The position numbers and the translations under genes are program-made. Positions 1-9,386 of a DNA stretch of 64,000 nt are shown piece by piece. The notes under the pieces were generated by a model. The model was not told where the DNA came from. It searched no databases and saw only the letters and a list, made by a program, of their open reading frames with translations. The stretch's first letter is position 1. Each line of letters begins with the position of its first letter. The stretch is from a virus: the IMG/VR virus record IMGVR_UViG_3300003320_000492, one strand, 5' to 3'.

Positions 1-1041
1 GATAATCAATGGCACCATGTTGCATTACGAATGGGAACTAATAAAACTAGTTGGACTATTTTTCTAGACGGTGCTGTTTATGCAAGTGGAACTGCATCTG
101 CGGCATTGAACTGGAATCCAGGAATTTTTACTTTTGGAGCACAATATGCACCTCAGGTTGGAGATTTTGGTTCTTTTATTTGGGAAAAATGGTTAGCTTA
201 TCCGACAATTTATCAATACCCGTTAACTGATAATAGAATTTTCGAACATTATACCGCAGGATCAGGAGGTACCGTTTACTACGGTGACGATGAGGTAACT
301 CGTCTTACTCGTATTGCAGATTGGGCAGAAGTACCTGATCAATCTCGTGAGTTTGAAGCAGCATTAGGAAATCTTCAAGGAATTCAAGTCGATGGAACTA
401 ATGCATTAACCGCTTTCCAAGAAACTGCGACTGCTATCGGAGGATTGATTTTTGCGGACGGCCAATCTCGACTTGTATATCATAATCGTAGACATCGATA
501 TAATCGTTGGTCTGTGGCAACATTAGCCGAATCAACTGACTCGGCACCAGAATATGGTGTCACGTTCACTATTGATGATAGTAGAATCTATAATGATGTT
601 CGTGGTGAACGACCTTTCGGGTCTACAGTTCGTCTCGTAGATAATATCTCTAAATCTGCGTATGGTAGAAAGACTTATTCTTTTTCTATTCCAGTAACTA
701 CTCATGAGGAATTGCAAAATGCTGTATCGTGGATTGCAACTAACTATAGAGATGCAGTAGTAAGAATTTCTGACGTTTCATTTCGTGCTGAGTCTAGTGA
801 TTTGATTGAGTGGCTTGGGACAGGTGGGGTAAATATTGGGGATCATATCGTATTGGATGAAATGCCTCCAAGCGATGCACCAGAGGTTAAAATGGATTTC
901 ACGGTTGAAAAGATTAGCATCAGCGCTGATATTAAAAATAGAGTATGGATCGTAAAACTACAACTCAGCCCCTATTATTTAAATCAAGTGTTTGAGGTAG
1001 GTCTATCGAATCTGGGTACTAAATATAAGATTGGATATTAA
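1..1041 (+). CDS. minor tail / receptor-binding protein, 5'-truncated by window edge (LamG-like N-terminal segment)
   Basis: Frame 1 is open from nt 1 (DNQWHHVALR...) and runs into the listed ORF 31..1041. It is followed by tightly packed tail-fibre-like genes. Confidence 0.65.
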   Translation, partial: DNQWHHVALRMGTNKTSWTIFLDGAVYASGTASAALNWNPGIFTFGAQYAPQVGDFGSFIWEKWLAYPTIYQYPLTDNRIFEHYTAGSGGTVYYGDDEVTRLTRIADWAEVPDQSREFEAALGNLQGIQVDGTNALTAFQETATAIGGLIFADGQSRLVYHNRRHRYNRWSVATLAESTDSAPEYGVTFTIDDSRIYNDVRGERPFGSTVRLVDNISKSAYGRKTYSFSIPVTTHEELQNAVSWIATNYRDAVVRISDVSFRAESSDLIEWLGTGGVNIGDHIVLDEMPPSDAPEVKMDFTVEKISISADIKNRVWIVKLQLSPYYLNQVFEVGLSNLGTKYKIGY

Positions 1042-1596
1042 ATGTCTGGAATTTTTAGCCCTGTAGTGTGGGCCGATGGAGATGATCCAGAAAATATTCC
1101 CACTGCTGATGACTTAAATGTAGAATGGAGAGATTCTTTAAACTTTCTATTGGGCTATAACAGACCAATTATCTGGGTTCATTCGACTACAGGTACCTCT
1201 TTAAGTAATTCAGCTTCAGATTTCAATGTACCCTTTAATAACGAATTCTTGAAGCGCGGCAATATGGTGCATTCTACATCTACAAATAATGATCAAATCA
1301 CAGTACCATACACTGGTCAGTATCAAGGATTTATGTGGGGAGCTTTTGCATCTTTAAGTGTTATTACGGGTAAATGTGTGATTCGTTTAAAGAAGAATGG
1401 TACTCAAGTAGCAATCGCTGCAATGAAGCCTGAAATTACTGCTTCGTGGACTGTATCAGCGTCTCTTACTCTAGACGCTGCTGCCAATGACATTATTACA
1501 ATGTCAATGCAACTATCAGCAGGGACAGCTACAATGGGGAACACTTTGATCGCTAATCCGAGATTACTTCTTTATTATGTTGGAGATTATGCATAA
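1042..1596 (+). CDS. tail-fibre-like protein, paralog 1 of 3
   Basis: 184 aa. The ATG abuts the upstream stop. Shares the N-terminal pattern (W..G....N....D.N......L..L) with the next two ORFs. Confidence 0.7.
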   Translation: MSGIFSPVVWADGDDPENIPTADDLNVEWRDSLNFLLGYNRPIIWVHSTTGTSLSNSASDFNVPFNNEFLKRGNMVHSTSTNNDQITVPYTGQYQGFMWGAFASLSVITGKCVIRLKKNGTQVAIAAMKPEITASWTVSASLTLDAAANDIITMSMQLSAGTATMGNTLIANPRLLLYYVGDYA

Positions 1597-2141
1597 TGGC
1601 CGTACCTACAGTCCACACTTGGGCAAATAAAGAGAAACCTAATTTCAGGGATATGAATTCATATCTAGAAGATCCATTTAATTTTCTAATGAATCCTCCG
1701 ATGGTTCGTCTTAGAAAAACTTCTGTGCAATCTATCCCGCATAACACCTTTACTGCTATCAGTTGGGATTATGTTGAAGTTGAAACTGTAAATTTCTGGG
1801 ATTCATCAAATCCTACTAAACTTACTCCTAGTGTTCCTGGTTATTACATAGGGTCTTTTGGATGGTCTTTTGCCGCAAATGCAACTAGTTATAGGGCCGG
1901 ACAAATTATTAAAAATAACTCTGGCGGTACTGCGAAAACTATGGTTGTTCATCAAGACGCTTATACCAATGCAACCTATACAGAGGTATCAAGAGGAAAT
2001 GTGTTTTTTGAACAGTTCAATGGAACAACTGATTATATTACTGTTGAATTATTTCAAGTATCGGGTGCATCCTTAAATATTGAGGTTACTCCTCTTGATA
2101 GACAACCAGATGTTACATTAAGGTGGTTTGCAGCATTATGA
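1596..2141 (+). CDS. tail-fibre-like protein, paralog 2 of 3
   Basis: 181 aa. MAVPTVHTWANKE...FLMNPPMVRLRK aligns by eye with paralog 3. ATGA-type overlap with the upstream gene. Confidence 0.75.
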   Translation: MAVPTVHTWANKEKPNFRDMNSYLEDPFNFLMNPPMVRLRKTSVQSIPHNTFTAISWDYVEVETVNFWDSSNPTKLTPSVPGYYIGSFGWSFAANATSYRAGQIIKNNSGGTAKTMVVHQDAYTNATYTEVSRGNVFFEQFNGTTDYITVELFQVSGASLNIEVTPLDRQPDVTLRWFAAL

Positions 2142-2674
2142 GTGTTCCAAACGTACATCATTGGTTAGCGGGTGAAGAATTTAATGCAACCAGGATGAAT
2201 GAAATAGGGAATCTAATTAAATGGATTAGAAATCCTCCAATGGTCCACGTAGCTCGTCGAACGACCGGACAAGCAATTACGTCTAACACATGGACCAAGA
2301 TTAGTTTCGATACTGTGTTCAATTCTTATGATCCCTATACGTTTTTTGATGCTGGTTCTCCTGATAAAATTACTGTTACAGAGCCAGGATGGTATTCTTG
2401 TGAAATTAGAATTGCTATGAGCACTGCTACAGATACTAGAATCATTATGGGTCTGTATAAAAATGGGTTTACTAGTAATGAACTACTCTTGCGCTATGAT
2501 CAACCTACTGTTCCTACAACACCTAATAACACTATGAGAAAAGAAACAACTCTTTTCTTTAATGCAGGAGATTGGATGCATTTAGGGATCATGTGTGATG
2601 GAGCATCTTTTACTACTGCTAATCCTTCTGATGGGGAATGTTGTGCTTTGAGGGTTCGATGGGTTTCAAATTAA
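2138..2674 (+). CDS. tail-fibre-like protein, paralog 3 of 3
   Basis: Start moved to MSVPNVHHW (ATGA overlap with the upstream stop) by analogy with paralog 2. WIRNPPMVHVARR matches FLMNPPMVRLRK. Confidence 0.75.
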   Translation: MSVPNVHHWLAGEEFNATRMNEIGNLIKWIRNPPMVHVARRTTGQAITSNTWTKISFDTVFNSYDPYTFFDAGSPDKITVTEPGWYSCEIRIAMSTATDTRIIMGLYKNGFTSNELLLRYDQPTVPTTPNNTMRKETTLFFNAGDWMHLGIMCDGASFTTANPSDGECCALRVRWVSN

Positions 2675-2685
2675 GGAGAAAAACA

Positions 2686-2943
2686 ATGATTGTTGGTGGA
2701 AAGCCGACTCAGGTAGCGCATCCAGGGCGCGCAACTTTTAGAACTATTTTCCAAGGAGTAGTTGCGGCTGCCGCAATTCTTCCTTTGGTATTATCTACCG
2801 CTGGTATTGCTCCAGTTGGTATTGCTGGTATTGCAATCGCAATTGCCGGTGCTTTAACTCGTGTAATGGCTTTGCCTGCTGTTGAGGAATTCTTGGAGAA
2901 TTACATTCCGATCCTCGCTGCAAAGCCGAAGTCTGACAACTAA
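2686..2943 (+). CDS. small membrane protein
   Basis: ATG at 2686 preceded by AAGGAG. Hydrophobic core ILPLVLSTAGIAPVGIAGIAIAIAGAL. Confidence 0.6.
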   Translation: MIVGGKPTQVAHPGRATFRTIFQGVVAAAAILPLVLSTAGIAPVGIAGIAIAIAGALTRVMALPAVEEFLENYIPILAAKPKSDN

Positions 2944-2960
2944 TGTTAGGAGTCAATCTA

Positions 2961-3359
2961 ATGGCGAACGATAAAGTTCATGCAGTAGGTGACGAGGTTA
3001 CTGTTTCGGGTGTTGTTACTCATGTCGGGACTAATGGTGGGAACCCTGAATACACTGTCGCTGTAAATGACGAAAGTGTAGAGCGTCCGATTTCAATTCC
3101 TCCTCGCGTACACCCAGCAGCATTTACCAATGGTCCAGTTGAATTAGCGGAAGCTAACCAGGAGACCTATGATGCGGCTGCAAAAGAATCAGAGGAAGCT
3201 ACTCGTAAATTAGAAGAGAGTGCGAAGGAAGAGGCTGGCTCTACTTCGGACCCTAAAGAAATTCGCGAAAAGACTGTAACCCCTGATCCTGCTAAGACCC
3301 CAGCGGGTCAAGGCGCAAAGGGTAATGCTACTGCTGCAAAGGCATCAGATAACAAGTAA
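2961..3359 (+). CDS. hypothetical protein (charged, Ala/Lys/Glu-rich C-terminus)
   Basis: ATG at 2961 preceded by AGGAG. In frame with listed ORF 2943..3359. Confidence 0.6.
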   Translation: MANDKVHAVGDEVTVSGVVTHVGTNGGNPEYTVAVNDESVERPISIPPRVHPAAFTNGPVELAEANQETYDAAAKESEEATRKLEESAKEEAGSTSDPKEIREKTVTPDPAKTPAGQGAKGNATAAKASDNK

Positions 3360-3374
3360 TCGAAGGGAATCAAC

Positions 3375-3671
3375 ATGGCAAGTGAAAACCTAAAGATTGC
3401 CGATGGTAATTTGGTAGTCAATAGAGAGGGTGTAAACAAGTCCAATCTAGAGGTTTCATTGTCTGATGTGGAATCGGTTTCCTTTGAACGCGGTGGAGAG
3501 GGCGAGGGACAGAGTGATGGTACTCTCGTCCTTTTCACTAAAGATGGAAATCGTCACACAGTACGCGTGGCAGACCATGAAGCTGGTAAATATCTGAAGG
3601 CTATTTACGAATCCCAGAATAGCAAGACAACTGCGAAAGAAAAGCCTGTCTCAAAGACAGATGAAAAATAA
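3375..3671 (+). CDS. hypothetical protein
   Basis: 98-aa ORF and last gene of the plus-strand block. GAAGGGAATC lies upstream of the ATG. Confidence 0.6.
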   Translation: MASENLKIADGNLVVNREGVNKSNLEVSLSDVESVSFERGGEGEGQSDGTLVLFTKDGNRHTVRVADHEAGKYLKAIYESQNSKTTAKEKPVSKTDEK

Positions 3672-3690
3672 GCTTTACTGCGCCCATAAA

Positions 3691-3737
3691 CAAAAAGGCC
3701 CAGGTCACCAATTCACGGTGACCTGGGCCTTTTTGTT
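3691..3737. terminator. bidirectional rho-independent terminator
   Basis: Perfect 13-bp stem GGCCCAGGTCACC / GGTGACCTGGGCC with a 7-nt loop. An A-run lies on one side and a T-run on the other, between convergent gene blocks. Confidence 0.85.
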
Positions 3738-3821
3738 TTATTCTTCCCATGCTCCCTGGCAAAGACAATTTTCTACATTACATGATTGCCAGTTGTGCTG
3801 GCTCATGATCGCAAGTGCAAT

Positions 3822-4082
3822 TTAAGAAATAGATAGTCTCTTCCCAGTAGCATTCTTCGTTTTCTTCTTCGTAATCAGATTCCACAGTATTTTTCTCCGA
3901 TGACTCCTGGGCTCTAGTAATTTAATGTGTTCTTTACACAATTCGATGGAATCGAATGCGCCCTGTTCTGTGCACTTAGCTACGCGATTACATAGAAGAA
4001 CAGCACAGTCGAAAGTAGAACAACACCAACCCAATTCAAATTCACATAAGCCTTTATTTTTTCGGAATCTCGCAAACATCAT
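3822..4082 (-). CDS. Cys-rich hypothetical protein
   Basis: Internal Met start chosen in listed ORF 3822..4136 (MMFARFRKNKGLCEFELGWCC...). Overlaps the RNR stop by about 28 nt. Weak support. Confidence 0.35.
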   Translation of the reverse strand: MMFARFRKNKGLCEFELGWCCSTFDCAVLLCNRVAKCTEQGAFDSIELCKEHIKLLEPRSHRRKILWNLITKKKTKNATGKRLSIS

Positions 4083-6099
4083 TTGTGCAATATTGCTCCC
4101 CGTCAGCATCCACAACCCTTTCATCATATAGCACATCCATGTCTACTTTAGACAAGTAGCTGGCTGCATTTACATAATCGATAGAACTGATATTTGTGTA
4201 AGGCTGCTGGGGATATACCTTGTTACCCATAGGCAAGAAGGAAATAGCCTTTAATTGACCATCGTACATAGAGAGGATGGTCGATACCTGATCTGCTTCG
4301 TTTTCAGCATCAAATGACACAGTGACAGATACACCATTATCGCTCCACCATCTTTGTGCCTCTACCGCAAGTGAAGCCTTTTCAAAAATCGAGACATCTT
4401 TTTCTGAGCGCGTAGCATCGGAATGAATAGGGAAATAAATAACCACACTGGAATCGGGAGAGGTAACCGATTGCTCCACAGTGTACCCAGCGTCCCGGAA
4501 TACGGACACAATTGGATGGTCCTTATCGAAGATTACCGCTCGATTGAAATACGATCCACCAGGGGACCAATGAACCCCAGGACTTTCCCCGACAAGTAAC
4601 GAAGTGGTTCCCGTAGGTTTAACAGTAGTGACCTTAATGGATTCTCTGACACACAACCATTCTGAATAGGTAGCATCATAGTCCTTTACAATTCCGTATC
4701 CTTCATCCATCCACTTGCGTAATACTGCACGTCCATTGTTGTCTGAGAAATTAGCAATTCCAGACATTGAAATCCCGATTCTACGATTCCGCTGCATAAT
4801 AGCATTAGTGCGAGGAATCCCAGTCGGTAACAGAGTAACAGTTTTCGCATACAAATAAGCATACTTCAATACTCTCTTTAGTTCAGCAGGATCAGAGATC
4901 TTAGATAAGTGAACATTTACCAGAGTACACATTTCTCCGGACTCTAGCGGCTGTTCTACACATGGATTAAAGCCCGCGAATCGCCAATCTTTATTATCCG
5001 GCGGATCGGCCAATCGTCCATATTGCTTAGACACATCTTCCCAAATAACTCCAGGCTCACCATTCAGTGCAATTCCTGGAATTATAGAAGATAAATCATC
5101 GCCCACAAAAGCGCGGATAGAATTATTAGACATATAAGCCCACCCAGGATTATCAGGATCATACGAGTTACGCTCTGGGAAAACTTCCGGGTTTTTGAGA
5201 TTGAGGAAATTTTTAGATTCCTTTCGCCCGTAAGCAAGTAGGGCGCTACGTCGAACATTCCCAGAAACAACGCAGTCCCCAATGATATTAGCAATATCGG
5301 CAATATCCACATCGGACAGAATCTCTCCGTCTCTATTTCCTAGAATTTGGTCAATTAGATTATGAAGTCTCTTCAATGGTTCTGGCCCGGGAGCGATTCC
5401 TCCGAAGGTAACAATAGGAGCACCCTTAGGACGAATTTCATCATAAATGAATTCAACCGCGTATTGTCCTGGTAGTAAATAGGAATTGAGCTTAAGACGC
5501 AGTGATTCGACCCAACCTTCCCGAGTATCCGGAACTGTATAAATGGTACGTGTGTCTGATGGATTAGTAGCAGGAATAGGTTCATGAATCACAAACTCTT
5601 TTTCTGCTCCGCGAGTGTCATAGCCTACACCGACACCTAGCATTGACACATTCATCAAAAACGTAAAAGGATTGCTGGGGTCTGCCTTGGTCATGTCATA
5701 CGTAGAAATAAAAGCACAATTCTGTAAAGCTGTAGAATCCTTACGTCCATTAACAACATAGGTTCCCATAGCGAAAATCCCACGTCCGGGCGGACTCCAC
5801 TTCATTTCATACATCAAATCATAAGCCTCTTGTGCTGATTTCTGTGCTTTGTGATCATTCCAAGGTAATACGTGCTCCTTAGCCCAATCTTTTTGAATTG
5901 AATACATACCTTCAATTACTCGACGACATGTCTCGTACCAGCGTTCTTTTGAGCCGTTATCTTTAGTACGAGAATAGGTGCGGATAAATGTAATCTCACC
6001 TAAACTGTTTCCGCCCGCGTCTCTGAATCCAAAGGGCGGTTGTCTGTCTTTATATTGCTCAATAAATGAGTCAGTAAGTTTGAAGCTTAGAAATGACAT
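4054..6099 (-). CDS. nrdJ: ribonucleotide reductase, class II (B12-dependent)-like
   Basis: 681 aa. RNR active-site signature NPCVEQPLESGEMCTLVNV. Size and single-chain architecture fit NrdJ. Confidence 0.85.
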   Translation of the reverse strand: MSFLSFKLTDSFIEQYKDRQPPFGFRDAGGNSLGEITFIRTYSRTKDNGSKERWYETCRRVIEGMYSIQKDWAKEHVLPWNDHKAQKSAQEAYDLMYEMKWSPPGRGIFAMGTYVVNGRKDSTALQNCAFISTYDMTKADPSNPFTFLMNVSMLGVGVGYDTRGAEKEFVIHEPIPATNPSDTRTIYTVPDTREGWVESLRLKLNSYLLPGQYAVEFIYDEIRPKGAPIVTFGGIAPGPEPLKRLHNLIDQILGNRDGEILSDVDIADIANIIGDCVVSGNVRRSALLAYGRKESKNFLNLKNPEVFPERNSYDPDNPGWAYMSNNSIRAFVGDDLSSIIPGIALNGEPGVIWEDVSKQYGRLADPPDNKDWRFAGFNPCVEQPLESGEMCTLVNVHLSKISDPAELKRVLKYAYLYAKTVTLLPTGIPRTNAIMQRNRRIGISMSGIANFSDNNGRAVLRKWMDEGYGIVKDYDATYSEWLCVRESIKVTTVKPTGTTSLLVGESPGVHWSPGGSYFNRAVIFDKDHPIVSVFRDAGYTVEQSVTSPDSSVVIYFPIHSDATRSEKDVSIFEKASLAVEAQRWWSDNGVSVTVSFDAENEADQVSTILSMYDGQLKAISFLPMGNKVYPQQPYTNISSIDYVNAASYLSKVDMDVLYDERVVDADGEQYCTNDVCEIPKK

Positions 6100-6475
6100 C
6101 TAAATCCTCCTCGGATAGTAGCCCTAATCTATTTACAGTTCGGATTCGATGGCATAAAGCACAAACGACATCACACTTTTCAATCTCTTTGAGAATGCGT
6201 TCCTTTGAAAGGAAACTACTTACTTTTCCTAATTTGTCTCCCGACACATGATCAAAATCCATTATCGATGCGGGATATTGCTTACCACAATCAGCGCAGG
6301 CAGTTTGTTTAAAAGAATTAATCCATTCTCTTAATTCCTTTAGTTCTAATGCTCGACATGATTTACACTCGCCACGGTAATATTTACCGTTTTTAGTATA
6401 TTCTGAAAGTGGTTTAGTAATCTTACATAAGTTACACTCTCGTAAACCGTCTTTGGTTTTGGTTGGTCTTGGCAC
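6071..6475 (-). CDS. HNH endonuclease with CxxC zinc motifs
   Basis: Multiple CxxC pairs plus DFDHVSGDK...CALCHRIRT (HNH core). Overlaps the RNR start. Confidence 0.7.
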   Translation of the reverse strand: MPRPTKTKDGLRECNLCKITKPLSEYTKNGKYYRGECKSCRALELKELREWINSFKQTACADCGKQYPASIMDFDHVSGDKLGKVSSFLSKERILKEIEKCDVVCALCHRIRTVNRLGLLSEEDLDVISKLQTY

Positions 6476-6498
6476 TATTTAATTATCCTTTCAACACA

Positions 6499-6536
6499 GA
6501 ATAGGGAGATGATCGATTAAGACCATCTCCCTATTC
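6499..6536 (-). terminator. strong hairpin, possible terminator
   Basis: 13-bp perfect stem GAATAGGGAGATG / CATCTCCCTATTC directly after the stop of 6537..6854. Only a weak U-tract on the minus strand. Confidence 0.45.
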
Positions 6537-6854
6537 TTAGCTATGATTTTTCACCTGATTACTCAGTGCACGTGTTTCCACGCTAATAACATCAACAGGC
6601 TTGGCTAGCTTGCCCGCGTATTTGAGTTTGCTAATATTAAAGATCCTAGATCTCCCACCATTCCGAGAGGGATTGGATGGAAAGTAGGGACCAATTACTT
6701 CTACATAATGGATTGTACCATCCGCATCTTGAACTGCTGGTCCTATGTATCTCCATAATCCTTGGAATCCTATTACTCTAACCGGCCATGATGGACAAGT
6801 TCGGGATCTTGGTCCAAATACTAAGCATCCTTTTTCATCAATAATCGTAGACAT
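6537..6854 (-). CDS. hypothetical protein
   Basis: Start set to MSTIIDEKG, which overlaps the upstream stop (typical coupling). Lies within listed ORF 6537..6908. Confidence 0.55.
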   Translation of the reverse strand: MSTIIDEKGCLVFGPRSRTCPSWPVRVIGFQGLWRYIGPAVQDADGTIHYVEVIGPYFPSNPSRNGGRSRIFNISKLKYAGKLAKPVDVISVETRALSNQVKNHS

Positions 6855-7044
6855 GATCACCTTCATCGTAGCAAGGATCATCACCATAGCAATAAATGCA
6901 ATCTCCACATTTATCGCAGTATACGTCCCCGCATCGCAGCTCTTTATTCGTTTTCTCGGTAAATGCTTTTATCCCACTTACCTTTTCGGCGGCGGACAGG
7001 TTTGCTTTTTTCTGAGGGAGTATTTTCAATAAACTTGCCTTCAT
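6838..7044 (-). CDS. Cys-rich hypothetical protein
   Basis: 68 aa with CGDVYCDKCGDCIYCYGDDPC. Confidence 0.55.
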   Translation of the reverse strand: MKASLLKILPQKKANLSAAEKVSGIKAFTEKTNKELRCGDVYCDKCGDCIYCYGDDPCYDEGDHVYDY

Positions 7045-7091
7045 TATTGTTGTATTCTTTAGGTTCGAACCTACGATCCCTATTATTACGC

Positions 7092-7280
7092 CTAGGCACG
7101 GAACAATTCCTTTAGATCCTTTGCCATTTTATCATCAATGATTTCGGCAAACTTGAATCGGCCCGCAACTGCCAAATTGGTAATCTCGTGTCCATTGGGG
7201 ACACCCTCACCTGCTGGTAGGCGGTAATTATGTTCATGCCCCTTCTTATCTCTAGTAGTGGCATAAAACTGATGGAACAT
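7092..7280 (-). CDS. hypothetical protein (paralog of 46168..46347)
   Basis: FYATT...HEHNYRLPAGEG...FKFAE matches FYVTT...REHNFRLPQGES...FKLAE in the distant copy. Confidence 0.65.
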   Translation of the reverse strand: MFHQFYATTRDKKGHEHNYRLPAGEGVPNGHEITNLAVAGRFKFAEIIDDKMAKDLKELFRA

Positions 7281-7465
7281 TAGACCTCCACGATTAGTTG
7301 CTTAATTCCGCCACCAAAGTTTACGAATACAGTTACCTTCGAATCTTCTAATGGCTTTTCATTGACTTTAGCAAAGCTGACTGCCTCATTGAGGCTATCT
7401 AGTAATTCTTTTAAGGACATTCCCTTTTTTGGGCTCTCCGCTTCATATGATACTTTCCGACCCAT
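7280..7465 (-). CDS. hypothetical protein
   Basis: 61-aa ORF abutting its neighbours in the minus-strand operon. Confidence 0.5.
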   Translation of the reverse strand: MGRKVSYEAESPKKGMSLKELLDSLNEAVSFAKVNEKPLEDSKVTVFVNFGGGIKQLIVEV

Positions 7466-7643
7466 GGTATTTCACCTCCCAAGCATCCATATTACGCGGA
7501 GTCCAATATGTGTTTAAGCAGCCAAAAGGTTTTGTCGATGCTTCATAAACTCTGCGCATAGCAGCTCTATTTCGATAAGCTTGAGCTAATAGATCTCCCC
7601 TCGTCGGTTCGTTTTTAGCTCTCTTTTTCTTTGTCACTTGCAA
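7443..7643 (-). CDS. hypothetical protein (basic)
   Basis: 66-aa ORF in operon context. Confidence 0.5.
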   Translation of the reverse strand: MQVTKKKRAKNEPTRGDLLAQAYRNRAAMRRVYEASTKPFGCLNTYWTPRNMDAWEVKYHGSESII

Positions 7644-7837
7644 TTTATCCTATCATCGATTCGTTGCATCATTTCTTTTGCGATTTGTGCTAAGATTTCA
7701 GGGTTATATTCAAGCATTTCTCTAGAAACTACTTGTGTTTCTCCATACTTAACAATTTTTCTAACTTTTAGCAGGAGTGCATCATTGAAAAGTTCATCTT
7801 CGGTCACCATTACTTCAAAGCCATCATCAGTCTTCAT
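7634..7837 (-). CDS. hypothetical protein
   Basis: The ATG (MKTDDGFEV) is preferred over the TTG listed at 7849. Confidence 0.5.
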   Translation of the reverse strand: MKTDDGFEVMVTEDELFNDALLLKVRKIVKYGETQVVSREMLEYNPEILAQIAKEMMQRIDDRINCK

Positions 7838-8003
7838 CGAAATCCTCAAATGTTGCTAGAACACCCTCATGGATATCAATGTATCCTGCGTAACGATCAT
7901 TTACTATCACTGCTAAGTTACCGACTAGATTTTTCTCTAAGATGGCATCAGGATACCTTTGTTTTAAGGTTGTTAGTAACTTGATCAATGAGTTAATTGT
8001 CAC
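7824..8003 (-). CDS. hypothetical protein (59 aa, below ORF-track cutoff)
   Basis: GTG start overlaps the ThyX stop (GTGA). Reads TINSLIKLLTTLKQRYPDAILEKN.... Confidence 0.4.
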
Positions 8004-8710
8004 GGTGCGACTCTCCCATTTTTCTCAAAAGATTCCCAAGTCAGAGGGAATTTTGCTGAGAAGTGTCCTTCATATTTCTTAGCGACTTGTTCAATTTCCC
8101 ACATAGGAAAGGTTGGAAACTTAGCTTCATCTGATTTTACTCTAAGGCTTAGAAAGTTCATCAGTGCGCGAGGGTTCATTGCGATAATCATAGTTGACAT
8201 GAGATTCAGTGGTAACACCATTCGAGCTACCTCTTTAGCAATTCCATTAGATAGCATGCCTTTGTATTGATTCCATGAGTGAATAGAATTTTGTATAAAT
8301 GACATTCTGACTGTTTGGAACTGATCAGTAGTGCCTGGTTCAAAGATATATGCGCCCGGTTTCCCAGTCTGAGTAAGTGGTCGAGAAAGATCAGGTACAT
8401 AGAAATTAGGTTTCATTTCTGTGTACCGACCAGACATTTCATTATACGATGCAATTCGATGCCGATGATGCTCACGGAAAACTACAATAGGAGCAGTGAC
8501 TCTAAATCTTAGTAATCCCTGTTCAAAAGGACTTCCATGCCGATCACGCATAAGCATATTAATGAGTCCCTTTACTCGATTAGGATCTCCTTCATCAGCT
8601 CTTTCGCCCATGGTAGAAACCCAAGCTGCTCTTGCAATCTCTAAATCAGATCCTAAATGATCGAGAAATTCAACCTTCATCTCTGAACTGTAAGTAATTT
8701 TATCGGTCAT
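8000..8710 (-). CDS. thyX: FAD-dependent thymidylate synthase
   Basis: ThyX signature HHRHRIASYNEMSGRY (RHRxxSxxxxSxR). Start set to MTDKITY (ATGA overlap with the upstream gene). Confidence 0.9.
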   Translation of the reverse strand: MTDKITYSSEMKVEFLDHLGSDLEIARAAWVSTMGERADEGDPNRVKGLINMLMRDRHGSPFEQGLLRFRVTAPIVVFREHHRHRIASYNEMSGRYTEMKPNFYVPDLSRPLTQTGKPGAYIFEPGTTDQFQTVRMSFIQNSIHSWNQYKGMLSNGIAKEVARMVLPLNLMSTMIIAMNPRALMNFLSLRVKSDEAKFPTFPMWEIEQVAKKYEGHFSAKFPLTWESFEKNGRVAP

Positions 8711-9000
8711 GCAAAATCCGTTCCGAGAACAATCCACTTAGGGTATCCGTCAAGTATGAGGAAATCTGATCCATCATTTCCTTTCCATACTTCAATGCCG
8801 AGATAACTAGGACCAGCGAATAGTAAATCAATTCTCCAACTTCCATATTTACTCATCTTGATTGCAAACAGCGTACCGTCAGAGATAGCAATAAGATTTT
8901 CAAAATCTCCGTCAACATTAAACTCTTCACTGCGGTACTGAGTCTGATCATCGCTTTCGATTTCGATGAGATCGTCACTTGCGCCATAGATTTTAATCAA
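8707..9000 (-). CDS. hypothetical protein
   Basis: 97-aa ORF coupled to thyX. Confidence 0.55.
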   Translation of the reverse strand: MIKIYGASDDLIEIESDDQTQYRSEEFNVDGDFENLIAISDGTLFAIKMSKYGSWRIDLLFAGPSYLGIEVWKGNDGSDFLILDGYPKWIVLGTDFA

Positions 9001-9166
9001 TTGCTAGTACCTCGAATGCATAAACGAACTTCTTTACTTCAGTTTCTCCTGGGCACGGATCGGAAGTAAGAGTTAATGTGTAAGTATCACCAACAGTTAA
9101 TGTCTTAGGCATTTGATAGTCTAAATTATCACCAGTCAATTTAACAGTTACATATTTAGCGGCCAT
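8993..9166 (-). CDS. hypothetical protein
   Basis: Internal start MAAKYVTVKL chosen because the upstream gene ends at 9156. Confidence 0.45.
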   Translation of the reverse strand: MAAKYVTVKLTGDNLDYQMPKTLTVGDTYTLTLTSDPCPGETEVKKFVYAFEVLAID

Positions 9167-9386
9167 TACGTCTCGCTTTCCGGGCGGCCTTGTTCTTTTT
9201 ACGTCGTTTTTCTGTTGCAGATTCGTTGACACCATGGATGTTTCCACCCTTGCGCCAAATAGTCATCATTAAGAATGCCTCTCGTGACTGAGTTGCGACT
9301 TTCAATTCTCGTAGATTATCGAGCTGCTCGTCAGTTACTCCGAGCTTTTCCTTAAGTCCTTTGATTTCTAGTCTAGGATCTTCCAT
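9156..9386 (-). CDS. hypothetical protein with basic C-terminus
   Basis: MEDPRLEIKGLKEKL...KRRKKNKAARKARRNGR. Confidence 0.55.
   Translation of the reverse strand: MEDPRLEIKGLKEKLGVTDEQLDNLRELKVATQSREAFLMMTIWRKGGNIHGVNESATEKRRKKNKAARKARRNGR

Noticed and set aside
3738-3806. 22-aa minus-strand micro-ORF (MSQHNWQSCNVENCLCQGAWEE) ending at the bidirectional terminator. Also a 35-aa plus-strand ORF at 57439 and a 36-aa minus-strand ORF at 34960..35070.
   Set aside because: They are too short, with weak or absent ribosome-binding sites. They cannot be supported from sequence alone.
7055-7075. TAGGTTCGAACCTA, which resembles a tRNA T-loop.
   Set aside because: It is a simple perfect palindrome in an intergenic gap. 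No acceptor, D or anticodon arms can be built around it.
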